DNA of 64,000 nucleotides from a virus. Positions 25,724-34,026 of the stretch are shown here, piece after piece (positions within the stretch are counted from its first letter, which is position 1; every line of letters starts with the position of its first letter). A program made the position numbers and the translations under genes. The stretch is from the IMG/VR virus record IMGVR_UViG_3300003323_000851, positions 1-64,000 of that record. One strand, written 5' to 3'. Below the pieces are notes generated by a model that was given only the letters and a program-made list of their open reading frames with translations, made no database searches and was not told where the DNA came from.

Positions 25724-26517
25724 GCTGTCTGTAGTTTGCTTTCCCAGTTGACAACCTGCCAGCCGGGGTTATAAATGTCATCACCGGTGATATTGGTGTA
25801 GGCCTTGCCGAACCAGGGTTTGGGAGCTACTATGATTTTGTCCGGTGCTTCTCCCAAAGTAGCGGCCATCGCACTGTATGAACTGTTGCCGATGATAAAG
25901 TGGCGGCAGGATTTCATGAGGCGGAAATCATCAAGATAATTGCCAGATGCTACATGCGCCACACCGCTGCTTATATCAAACATCTCATTTGCTGCAGCAG
26001 GATCATCACTAAAAACGATATATGCCGTTCCTTTAGGCATTATCTTCATAGCCGCTTTATAATATTCCATTCCTAAACGCGGGTGATACGCATTATCGTA
26101 GTCGCCAAGCCGCACGTGCACGGCGCAATAATCGTTCTGCGGATACTCATCCTTCATCTTAAAATACCATTTCACCTCATCCAGACAGTGCTCAAAGTAC
26201 TTCAGCGACTGCATGTGACCCGCCAGCGACACGCTTTGCTTTATCCGCACATCCTGATAGCCCCAATGGATGTTATATTCAGGCAGCACGGGGCCTTTGT
26301 AAACCGGTAACGGGTTGACGAAGTACTTTTGTACATCAATATCCTCCGTGCTACCAAACCGCTCCGCATGGTCGTAGTTCTTCCAGTAAGGGAATGCGAA
26401 ATCACAGCCGTTCCTGCGGGCAATACCGATCGTACCGGCAATCTGGTACATTTGGTTCGCCAGACGACCATAACGGCCGAGAGAGTTGAAGGTTAATATG
26501 GGGCGGCTGGAGGTCAT
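25720..26517 (-). CDS. GT11-like glycosyltransferase (alpha-1,2-fucosyltransferase family)
   Basis: Motifs GRLANQMYQIA, HVRLGDY, FSDDP and IGNSSYSAMAA match the four GT11 signature blocks. Confidence 0.75.
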   Translation of the reverse strand: MTSSRPILTFNSLGRYGRLANQMYQIAGTIGIARRNGCDFAFPYWKNYDHAERFGSTEDIDVQKYFVNPLPVYKGPVLPEYNIHWGYQDVRIKQSVSLAGHMQSLKYFEHCLDEVKWYFKMKDEYPQNDYCAVHVRLGDYDNAYHPRLGMEYYKAAMKIMPKGTAYIVFSDDPAAANEMFDISSGVAHVASGNYLDDFRLMKSCRHFIIGNSSYSAMAATLGEAPDKIIVAPKPWFGKAYTNITGDDIYNPGWQVVNWESKLQTA

Positions 26518-27146
26518 GCTGTCTGTTTTAACCAGTCCCTGCGAAAATATTCGCCCGCATTACTCACACCATCGCCCTCAATCTCCGGGAACTTCTTCCT
26601 GTACTTAGAATCTACCAACACAAGATTACCGGTATGGGCCAGGATAAAGTATCCTTTTTCGATGGCAGCTTTTGCCATGGTCAGGTACGAGGCGCCCTGC
26701 TGATCGCTTTCGTGCTCTACATCGGGCGGAAAACCGCTGTTAATTTCGACGATGATTACTGCGGGCTTTGCCTGCAAGGCTCGTAGTATCTGCACATCAA
26801 TACCGTCCGTGTCGATGGATAGCACATCGGTATCGGCCGGCACAAACGCATTCACATTGTCGGCTGTCACGAAGCTGCACGCGCATTTCACACGATCTTT
26901 GATATCCTGGTAATACTCGCAGGCCGCTACGTGCAAATCCCAGTCCGCTTCGATAAATTTTCCCGACCAGCCCAGTTCGCGGATGAGATAGGCGGTGTTA
27001 CTGCACCACTGGCCGTTATTGCCGCCAATCTCTACCGATTTTTTACCTGGTAGTTTGATGCGGTTCAGTATTTCAAGTAGTAAACCCTCCTCGCCATTCT
27101 GGCTCCAGGTAATGTTACGGGCGTACTTGTTGGTGAATGTCAGCAT
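26514..27146 (-). CDS. FkbM-like SAM-dependent methyltransferase
   Basis: SVEIGGNNGQWCSNT and LSIDTDGIDVQIL...VIIVEIN resemble FkbM-family blocks. Confidence 0.5.
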   Translation of the reverse strand: MLTFTNKYARNITWSQNGEEGLLLEILNRIKLPGKKSVEIGGNNGQWCSNTAYLIRELGWSGKFIEADWDLHVAACEYYQDIKDRVKCACSFVTADNVNAFVPADTDVLSIDTDGIDVQILRALQAKPAVIIVEINSGFPPDVEHESDQQGASYLTMAKAAIEKGYFILAHTGNLVLVDSKYRKKFPEIEGDGVSNAGEYFRRDWLKQTA

Positions 27147-27373
27147 TACTCCGTTTTATGATCCAGTGTTGTGATACCGTCGTTTGGGTCGTTGGTCGCC
27201 GGCTTCGTCTCCGCCTTCACATGCGTTGCCCCGGTCATGATCTTGCTTTCGTCCGGTTGTTTCTCAGGAACGGGCTCGGCAAGCAGTAACTTGTACTTAT
27301 CGTTGCTTTCAAGACGGCCTGAGCTGAAATAGTCCTGATCCTGGTGGACGCCTTCGTTTAATGCTGTGTGCAA
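27146..27373 (-). CDS. hypothetical protein
   Basis: 75-aa ORF sharing 1 nt with the downstream methyltransferase gene. Confidence 0.45.
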   Translation of the reverse strand: MHTALNEGVHQDQDYFSSGRLESNDKYKLLLAEPVPEKQPDESKIMTGATHVKAETKPATNDPNDGITTLDHKTE

Positions 27374-27458
27374 TTACATGCGCTCTTTAGCGGGCAGTTC
27401 GATGAATAATTTGATGATCTCTTGTTGTTTCGTGGTCATGATTATAAGTTTTGCGTGT

Positions 27459-28055
27459 TTATAACTTCTTCTTCCAGCTCTGCCACACGAACGGATAATC
27501 CCACATCAGTTCATGACTATTGTTCAATTTCTCTGCAATCTCATTGTACCACTCTTGGTAAGGTTGATTTTCCACGGTGTGAAACTGGATTTGCAGGAAC
27601 TGTACTCTTTCAATCGCCCCTGTTTCAATGAGGTGCGGTATAATGCTGTACTCGCTACCTTCCGCGTTGCATTTAAGCAACGCAATCGGTGGCAGCCTAA
27701 ACACCAACTCTGATGTGTCAATCTCCTCAAATTCGCGCCGGTTTTCCTGCTCATAGATAGAGGTAGCAAATGCACCGCCGCCCATCTCCATCTTGCCGTT
27801 TTTGGTTCCTGCCGCAGCCCGGATTATCTCACGGGCAAAGCCAAAACCCCTAATAGCGTCTGTAGGCTCCACGCAGACGGCCCACAATCCTTTCTCTTCA
27901 TTGCGCTGATGGCAGATAAGCCGTTGTACGAACTCTCCCTCGTACGCCCCGATATCGAGTATAACGCCGCCTTCCGGCAGATCATAGTCGTATCTCAGGT
28001 CTTCGAGCCCCTTATCATACCACGTCTGTAAATTTTGTTTGTCAAGTCCAATCAT
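27459..28055 (-). CDS. FkbM-family methyltransferase
   Basis: Start moved to ATG 28053-28055 (MIGLDKQNL). GGVILDIGAYEGEFV and LLKCNAEGSEYSIIPHL are FkbM blocks. Confidence 0.65.
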   Translation of the reverse strand: MIGLDKQNLQTWYDKGLEDLRYDYDLPEGGVILDIGAYEGEFVQRLICHQRNEEKGLWAVCVEPTDAIRGFGFAREIIRAAAGTKNGKMEMGGGAFATSIYEQENRREFEEIDTSELVFRLPPIALLKCNAEGSEYSIIPHLIETGAIERVQFLQIQFHTVENQPYQEWYNEIAEKLNNSHELMWDYPFVWQSWKKKL

Positions 28056-28071
28056 TTTTTTTCGTTTTGGG

Positions 28072-28773
28072 TTAGTATTCGCTATTTCTTTTCCTGTGGT
28101 GGTGAAATAAGGCTGGGTAGTTATCGCTGTACCCGTCCTTTGGATAGGTGAATGCGCCGTTGTTGTAGATGGCGGGCCACCAGTGCAATGGTATTCCATA
28201 CATATCAGCCAACACGGTTAAGATCGCTTGATCGTGCCGGTTATCTTTGAACTCCGGGTGATTTGGGGCCTTACTTGGCGAATCATCTATCAATCCTGGT
28301 ACCAGACACCAATGTAGCCACTTCTCAATTAAGTTCCTTGCCGTTGGTCGTACCAGTATTACACTTGCCTGACACTGTTTGCCATTGGGGTGACAGCCAA
28401 TTGCCTCCATGATATCCATCTTGCACCAGTGTTGATGATCGTACATATTCCCAAATAGCAAAATATTCCAGTTACCGGGCATGAGATAGTGAAGTGGTTT
28501 TATCAAATCAACCCCCACATCCATATAAATAAGCGTATCTCCTTCTTTTACCTGCTTCAGCGCTTCCAGTATCACAAACGCTTTCCAGGCCCAGTACCCT
28601 GATCCTCGTGGCTGATCCAGCAGTTCCTTGTTCTGTTCATAGAACTCTGTCTGCTCCAGTGCGGCCCGCGTCCACTGATACACCTTGTCAACGCCATGCT
28701 TTAGCGCCGATTCCTTGCACCGTTGCGCGCTGATAGACATGTCGGGGGTGTGGTAGGTTACCAGATGTATCAT
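28072..28773 (-). CDS. putative nucleotide-sugar-dependent glycosyltransferase (uncharacterised family)
   Basis: RGSGYWAWKAFVILEAL...GDTLIYMDVGVD resembles a family seen in LPS and capsule loci. Confidence 0.45.
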   Translation of the reverse strand: MIHLVTYHTPDMSISAQRCKESALKHGVDKVYQWTRAALEQTEFYEQNKELLDQPRGSGYWAWKAFVILEALKQVKEGDTLIYMDVGVDLIKPLHYLMPGNWNILLFGNMYDHQHWCKMDIMEAIGCHPNGKQCQASVILVRPTARNLIEKWLHWCLVPGLIDDSPSKAPNHPEFKDNRHDQAILTVLADMYGIPLHWWPAIYNNGAFTYPKDGYSDNYPALFHHHRKRNSEY

Positions 28774-29363
28774 ACCAACTTACCCTCGCTCTCTTTAAAA
28801 ACCTGTGAATAATCGGTGTAACATCCCCATATGCCGCTAACCCGTGACCGCTGAACGGCGCACATCGGTTTGCAGACGTACGCATTGAACCGGTGCAGGT
28901 TTGCCCCCAGCCAGTTGTCATACATCACCTCCGATTCGTTCGGGTAGTTCTCCAGTATCCATTTCACGATCGGACGGGTATAGGCCACTGCATGGGTCGT
29001 CCACGCATCGGTCACCTTCCACAGGTGGGACGAAACACGTGTTACGTCACCCCGGATATTGCAGCCCAGATAGAACACGTCCCAATCTTCGGGTAATTCG
29101 GTCAGGGCTGGCCACAGGTGATCCATGTTGACGAAATGTACGTCATCCTCCAGGAATAACAGGCTGTGTGCTCCGCTGTCAAAGAACTTCTGCAAGATGG
29201 CTTTTACGCCAAGATTGAACGACTGGTGCGGGCCTATCGCGGGCACCGCATTGAACTGTTCTGCATAGATTCCCCATATTTTAAACTCGACCTGCGCCTT
29301 TTGCCATTCCTGGCCGCCGGTCGTCAGGCATATTTTTAGGGGAAAGAAATCGAAAGCATTCAT
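28770..29363 (-). CDS. GT25-like glycosyltransferase
   Basis: SLLFLEDDVHF plus WDVFYLGCN resemble GT25 LPS-core glycosyltransferases. Confidence 0.6.
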   Translation of the reverse strand: MNAFDFFPLKICLTTGGQEWQKAQVEFKIWGIYAEQFNAVPAIGPHQSFNLGVKAILQKFFDSGAHSLLFLEDDVHFVNMDHLWPALTELPEDWDVFYLGCNIRGDVTRVSSHLWKVTDAWTTHAVAYTRPIVKWILENYPNESEVMYDNWLGANLHRFNAYVCKPMCAVQRSRVSGIWGCYTDYSQVFKESEGKLV

Positions 29364-29389
29364 GTGAGTAGTATTTGTGTCGAAGATAT

Positions 29390-29417
29390 AAAAAAAGGAC
29401 GGGCTTGCACCCGCCCC
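29390..29417 (-). terminator. intrinsic terminator immediately after the major capsid gene
   Basis: The minus strand reads GGGGCGGGTGCAAGCCCGTCC followed by a T7 run. Confidence 0.75.
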
Positions 29418-29448
29418 TTGCGATATATACTAACCCACTATGAAAAGA

Positions 29449-30678
29449 CTATGTGGTGCCAGCAGGCGTGTAGATGAACGCGTCTGTACGCAGGATAGCC
29501 AGACCTACGCGGGCTTCAGCTTTCACAGTGATCAAGTTACGGATCACGTTGTCCTGGTCCTGCTCGTACATGTTCACACTCAGTCCGTCCGTTTGGATAA
29601 TCTTGGCCTGTGTCCAATCGCCGATAATCATCTGGTTGGCGCCGATGTTGGTTGAGTTGGTGCGGAACAGCGGAATACCTACGATCATCACGTCGCCGCT
29701 TGGGCTGATGGTTACAGCGCCGCCGGCAGGCAGTGAGTAATCGTTGGGCTTGGTGTTCAGGATTTTGGCCCATACCTGGTTGGTAACAACCACACCGTTT
29801 GCTTCGTAGTCGTCTTCTGCCAGCGCAGCAATACCCTGAATTACTTTTTCTACGCTCACCGTAGAGGTTACGCCGCTCGTGTTGCCACTGGCCGCAGTGA
29901 TCAGCGCCTGGAAGAACTTGTAGTCCTCAGCACGCAGGTAATCTTCTACCAGCGAAGCGGGCAGGTAAGACTGCATGAAAGGCAAATCCTGCAGCATCTG
30001 CTTGGCGATACGGGCATAACCAGCGAGGTAGTCGGCGGTCACCGTTACTTCAGTCAGATCCTTGTCCACCTGAGACTTCAGTGCACCGGGAGTTTGGGTC
30101 AGGAAAGAGCCTTCACCGGTGGGCTTGTTCTCGCGGTAGAACTTCCAGATGCCGGTTTCGGAGTTGATCACATCCACCAGGTCGCGGAAGTGCAGTTTAC
30201 GACGGCCACGGATGGCGGGCGTCAGGCTGTAGGTAGCCACTGCATTACCGGTCAGGTTGTTGGCAACGGTCATGTCACCAGCAGCTTTGATATCGAAGCC
30301 GTAACGCACTTTGGCGCTGTTACCGGCGGCCTTAATTTCGGCTACGCGGTTGGTGAACTCCTGCTTCAGCAGGCTGACAGCGGTTACTATTTTCTCGCCG
30401 TCAACATTTGCCATGCGGCCGCCTTTGGCTTTCAGTTCGAGTACTTCGTCCTGAAGCTGCTTGATGGTCTGGCCATTGGTTTTGGCGTCTTCGTTCAGTT
30501 GGGTTACCTGCTTAACGTATTCAACGTTGGCTTTGGTAACTTCTTCCACCTGCGTTTCGAGTTTGCCGATCTGTTCTTTTGCCTCTTTCTCGATCTTGTC
30601 GAGTTGGGCCTTGTTGCTCTTTTTCAGATTGGCTACATCACTGGCCAACCCTTCGAGCACATCTAATTCATCTGCCAT
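29449..30678 (-). CDS. major capsid protein (HK97 fold) with N-terminal coiled-coil delta domain
   Basis: Start moved to ATG 30676-30678 (MADELDVLEGL). Helical delta region LKKSNKAQLDKIEKEAKEQIGKLETQVEE. Located after the protease gene. Confidence 0.85.
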   Translation of the reverse strand: MADELDVLEGLASDVANLKKSNKAQLDKIEKEAKEQIGKLETQVEEVTKANVEYVKQVTQLNEDAKTNGQTIKQLQDEVLELKAKGGRMANVDGEKIVTAVSLLKQEFTNRVAEIKAAGNSAKVRYGFDIKAAGDMTVANNLTGNAVATYSLTPAIRGRRKLHFRDLVDVINSETGIWKFYRENKPTGEGSFLTQTPGALKSQVDKDLTEVTVTADYLAGYARIAKQMLQDLPFMQSYLPASLVEDYLRAEDYKFFQALITAASGNTSGVTSTVSVEKVIQGIAALAEDDYEANGVVVTNQVWAKILNTKPNDYSLPAGGAVTISPSGDVMIVGIPLFRTNSTNIGANQMIIGDWTQAKIIQTDGLSVNMYEQDQDNVIRNLITVKAEARVGLAILRTDAFIYTPAGTT

Positions 30679-30703
30679 TGGAAATAAGTTTTTTGTTGAT
30701 TTG

Positions 30704-31717
30704 TTAATCCTCCATCGCCATCTTGATGCGGGCAATGAGGGCTGCTTTTCTTAACGCATCCTTACTTCTGCTGGCTTCCGGCTGACTGCCTGATTTGATC
30801 AGGTGGTTGCATTCTGCGCATTTAATGCTACCGTCCTCGCCGGTCTGTGCAACGGAGTGCGTGCCGCACTTTTTGCACTTGACCATAGACGAGGTGTCAG
30901 TGGTTGTAGCGGTATCAGAATTTATTTGTAAAAGAGAATTAAGCGATTTTTGAGCGTCCTTGATACATTCGTCGGACGCGGAAGAATTGCGGATGAAGCG
31001 CTTCAGTTTCGATACCTGGCTGTCCATTTGCTCCTTGTTGCCATAGCGCAGTTCACTACGCAGGCCGCCAACGATCTCGGCGTGTCGGGAGATGAACCAC
31101 ATAATCCAGGTGTACAGGTCGGAATCAGGATCGAGTTGGCTTGCAACAGCAAAAGCCTCTTGCAGGCTGTTCATACAGTTACCGATCAGCGTGGTCAGCA
31201 GACTTTGTTCGGTATCAGACAGGGATTTTATTTTGATAGGCGCTTTTTCAATCAGCGACTTCATAGTGGCTACCGGGCCGCTCTGCTCGTGCGCGCCCCA
31301 ATGGGTGAGCACAGACACTTCGTGGTGTTCTACTTCAAAAAAGTCAAGGCCCTTGCCTTTGATCTCTTTAAACTTCTTTGGCACAAAACCGAATGATGCG
31401 GCTACGATAGTGCCGTAATCCAGTTTTTCCAGAATATCATTACCCAGTGTGGACTTGTCATGGCCCACCTGTGCGTAGGCGTGCTCGCTGTCATCCCACA
31501 GGCGGATAATTTTACCCGGTGCCAGGTTCTTGTCATGGTTCAGGAAGTAGCGCACGCGCTTGCTGTTTTCCTTCCAGGATTTATCGAACATACCCCGGTT
31601 ACTGCGGTCTTGATCGCTGTCGAGCGATTTGTATGTAGCAAAAGCAATGACGGATTCCCGCTTTTGCAGGTCAAAATCCTTTAATTCCAGTTCAATTGCC
31701 TTTTTCTGCATGGTCAA
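30704..31717 (-). CDS. HK97-family prohead protease with long C-terminal extension ending in a zinc ribbon
   Basis: S78-like N-terminal half (FLNHDKN...ASFGF...EVSVLTHWGAHEQS). C-terminal VKCKKCGTHS...IKCAECNH. Confidence 0.75.
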   Translation of the reverse strand: MTMQKKAIELELKDFDLQKRESVIAFATYKSLDSDQDRSNRGMFDKSWKENSKRVRYFLNHDKNLAPGKIIRLWDDSEHAYAQVGHDKSTLGNDILEKLDYGTIVAASFGFVPKKFKEIKGKGLDFFEVEHHEVSVLTHWGAHEQSGPVATMKSLIEKAPIKIKSLSDTEQSLLTTLIGNCMNSLQEAFAVASQLDPDSDLYTWIMWFISRHAEIVGGLRSELRYGNKEQMDSQVSKLKRFIRNSSASDECIKDAQKSLNSLLQINSDTATTTDTSSMVKCKKCGTHSVAQTGEDGSIKCAECNHLIKSGSQPEASRSKDALRKAALIARIKMAMED

Positions 31718-32541
31718 TTTATTGAAGTTGTTACTTGTTGTTGTGTTTTTCGTATGAGCCTGCCGTTTGCATCGCGCGCGGCTCTATGGGCTTGACTACA
31801 GCGACAGTTGCAGACGTTTGCTGCACTTGCTGTTGGATCTCCGGGCCCTTCCATCATGTCAACACCTTTCGGATGTGGAACCTGGAACCGCGCATCATTG
31901 TCTATAACCTCACCGTCTACCTTGCGGTGTCCGTGACGGGTACGGTGATCATTTGCCGCTATCCACTCTTTAACCGTTTCCCATTCTGTGTCGCGGTTAG
32001 CCAATTGACGCCCTACAAAAGCGCCTTTGGCCGTTTCGGTGCGGGCTATCAACCTGGCACGGAATGCCAATAGATCAGGACTGGTTAACTGGTTCTCTAT
32101 CCATTCAAACGACTGTCCTTGTTCGGTTGCCTGCGTCAGGATAGCGAGTATCTGCTGCCGGGTGGTCTCGGTGATCTGCTGTACCAGTTGGAACAGGTCG
32201 GTCGTGAAATAGGCGATAATGTCCGCCGCCCATTGCAGGTTGAAACCAAAACCGGCTTTCTGAACACGTGCGCTACGAGCAATCTCCCGGTACGCCTTAC
32301 GGCCAAAGAACAAACCCGACTCCTTGTGCAAGTCGGATATAGCTTCGGCCAGTGCCTGGTTAGAGACCACGGTATATAAAGAACTTTTTGCGGCGGTCAG
32401 CCCGCGCTGTTTCGCATCCTCCACAAACTCCGTCACCATACTGCGCAGCGCTTGGTAAATCGGTTTGATATACTTACCAGCAATCCGGTTTTGTTGCCGG
32501 ATGGCGAGGGCGCTGTATTCGCGGCGTTGTTGCTGGGTCAT
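31714..32541 (-). CDS. head morphogenesis protein (SPP1 gp7 / Mu F-like)
   Basis: LIARTETAKGAFVGRQLAN...WIAANDHRTRHGHRKVDGEVI...CNCRCS. Confidence 0.8.
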   Translation of the reverse strand: MTQQQRREYSALAIRQQNRIAGKYIKPIYQALRSMVTEFVEDAKQRGLTAAKSSLYTVVSNQALAEAISDLHKESGLFFGRKAYREIARSARVQKAGFGFNLQWAADIIAYFTTDLFQLVQQITETTRQQILAILTQATEQGQSFEWIENQLTSPDLLAFRARLIARTETAKGAFVGRQLANRDTEWETVKEWIAANDHRTRHGHRKVDGEVIDNDARFQVPHPKGVDMMEGPGDPTASAANVCNCRCSQAHRAARDANGRLIRKTQQQVTTSIN

Positions 32542-32723
32542 TTTGGTAGCGTTACATGAATAGGCGGCTTATCCGGCGATTCGATGTAGGTAAACGCATC
32601 AATGCCATTGGCTACGATTGTCTCAAAGTCTGGCATGCGCTCATCAAGAATAGCCTTGGTTTTTGCCATTGCTTCAGGCGAACTACTATTGACGGCCCAA
32701 AATATGATTACAGGTTTTGCCAT
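32538..32723 (-). CDS. hypothetical protein
   Basis: Start moved to ATG 32721-32723 (MAKPVIIFW), because the GTG start in the ORF track lies inside the terminator hairpin. Confidence 0.45.
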   Translation of the reverse strand: MAKPVIIFWAVNSSSPEAMAKTKAILDERMPDFETIVANGIDAFTYIESPDKPPIHVTLPK

Positions 32724-32731
32724 ATACAAAC

Positions 32732-32770
32732 AAAAAAACGCCACCCACCTCTTGCGAGATAGATGGCGTT
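32732..32770 (-). terminator. intrinsic terminator
   Basis: AACGCCA/TGGCGTT 7-bp stem followed by a T7 run on the minus strand. Confidence 0.6.
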
Positions 32771-32825
32771 CGTGACGCTCTTAATTTATTTTAACGAACC
32801 GCTGGCGGTCTGGCCGCTCGGGGTT

Positions 32826-33221
32826 TTATTTTTTATCGTAAAGTTGGCTAATTGTATTATCAAGGTCCTTCTTGATTAATTGCATAGCCAATTCTGAATT
32901 AACTTTCAACTCCGGCCCACCGCACTCCCCAACTACCCCGTCCTTCTTCAAATACGGCCTTCTGATTGGGCCAACAGGGCCGCCACTCTCAACCGTTATC
33001 ATTTCCTTCTTCTTAAGTTCTTGCTGGATTTCCAGATGCTTATCGTTAATATCCTTCAGGGTGTAGTTTACCTTTTCCCCATACGGCACCTTTGGTTCAG
33101 CCTTGATCGTGTTCTTCGTCCCGCAGAACCGGCACTGTATTGTCACATCCCCCTGCTGTATACCCAAGTCGGTTTCGGCTATGATCTTCTGGCAGGAGCA
33201 ACAATGTATCGGTTTCGGCAT
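32826..33221 (-). CDS. Com-like zinc-ribbon protein with C-terminal extension
   Basis: IHCCSCQKIIAETDLGIQQGDVTIQCRFCGTKNTI resembles the Mu Com CxxC...CxxC finger. ATG at 33219-33221. Confidence 0.6.
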   Translation of the reverse strand: MPKPIHCCSCQKIIAETDLGIQQGDVTIQCRFCGTKNTIKAEPKVPYGEKVNYTLKDINDKHLEIQQELKKKEMITVESGGPVGPIRRPYLKKDGVVGECGGPELKVNSELAMQLIKKDLDNTISQLYDKK

Positions 33222-33561
33222 TATCAAAATAATTTGGGTAGGCTACCACCGCTATCTTCACGCGGTTCTGGAACTGCTTCATGTCCTTGCACACTTCCTG
33301 CGTTGACAGGCCCATCGAAACGCACTCTACGTACAACTGAGCCGGGTCAATAACACAGTAATGATCAGCATCTGCGTACAAAATAAATGATTTTTGCGAT
33401 GATATGGCCAAATTTATTTTGCCGATGGTGTTAATATCCCTATTGGATAGCACGCCGTTGATGTTGATCGTCAAATCAACACTGGCCGCAGCATCGCTAT
33501 TCCTGACCTTCTCGGCCAGTCTGTACGCCGCTTCGCTCCTGTATCCGCCGGTTGTATGCAA
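33097..33561 (-). CDS. hypothetical protein (3' end overlaps the Com-like gene by 125 nt)
   Basis: It is the only long ORF covering 33228-33500 on the operon strand. Confidence 0.45.
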   Translation of the reverse strand: MHTTGGYRSEAAYRLAEKVRNSDAAASVDLTININGVLSNRDINTIGKINLAISSQKSFILYADADHYCVIDPAQLYVECVSMGLSTQEVCKDMKQFQNRVKIAVVAYPNYFDNAETDTLLLLPEDHSRNRLGYTAGGCDNTVPVLRDEEHDQG

Positions 33562-33721
33562 GATTTTCCTGGTTTTGTTTGAATAGTTGGTTTCGCTTCC
33601 GTTGGCGTAGTTCGTTCATTATGCGCTTTTCAAACGCGCACTTCTTCTCACCGGGCCACACCGGGTATTCGGACATGACGAGGTGCTCGATTTCGGGGTC
33701 GGTTAGGATGGGGCGCTGCAT
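33497..33721 (-). CDS. hypothetical protein
   Basis: 74-aa ORF on the operon strand with a basic C-terminal half. Confidence 0.4.
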   Translation of the reverse strand: MQRPILTDPEIEHLVMSEYPVWPGEKKCAFEKRIMNELRQRKRNQLFKQNQENLAYNRRIQERSGVQTGREGQE

Positions 33722-34026
33722 CAGTCCTCGTATTGAACGGTTTTGGGGAATAAGAGTTCCCGCAAATTCTCTACACGCCTCAGCTTGCTTTGTTTGACAA
33801 TCTTTATCATGTTCCGGTTCTCTGTGTCAGATTCATAAAAGTTAACAGTTGGTACATCAGCATATATACCCAATGGGATATCATTAAGGGTTCTATCGAA
33901 ACTGGTATTCAGGTCACGTTCGATCTGCTGTAGCATAGTGCGAACCTCTTCAAGGTCGCTCGCGTCTATGTTGGCCCAACTGGCAAAAGTTAACAGGCGT
34001 GGTTTTGGTTCTATAAATTGGTTCAC
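33721..34026 (-). CDS. hypothetical protein
   Basis: 101-aa ORF overlapping the portal gene stop by 4 nt. Confidence 0.5.
   Translation of the reverse strand: MNQFIEPKPRLLTFASWANIDASDLEEVRTMLQQIERDLNTSFDRTLNDIPLGIYADVPTVNFYESDTENRNMIKIVKQSKLRRVENLRELLFPKTVQYED

Noticed and set aside
27524-29131. Alternative-frame ORFs within the glycosyltransferase cassette (27524..27775, 28688..28921, 28893..29096, 28901..29131) and the long N-terminal extension of 27459..28199
   Set aside because: They overlap motif-bearing glycosyltransferase and methyltransferase frames. The extension (MEYHCTGGPPSTTT...) overlaps the upstream gene by 128 nt, whereas the internal ATG at 28055 gives a typical FkbM N-terminus.
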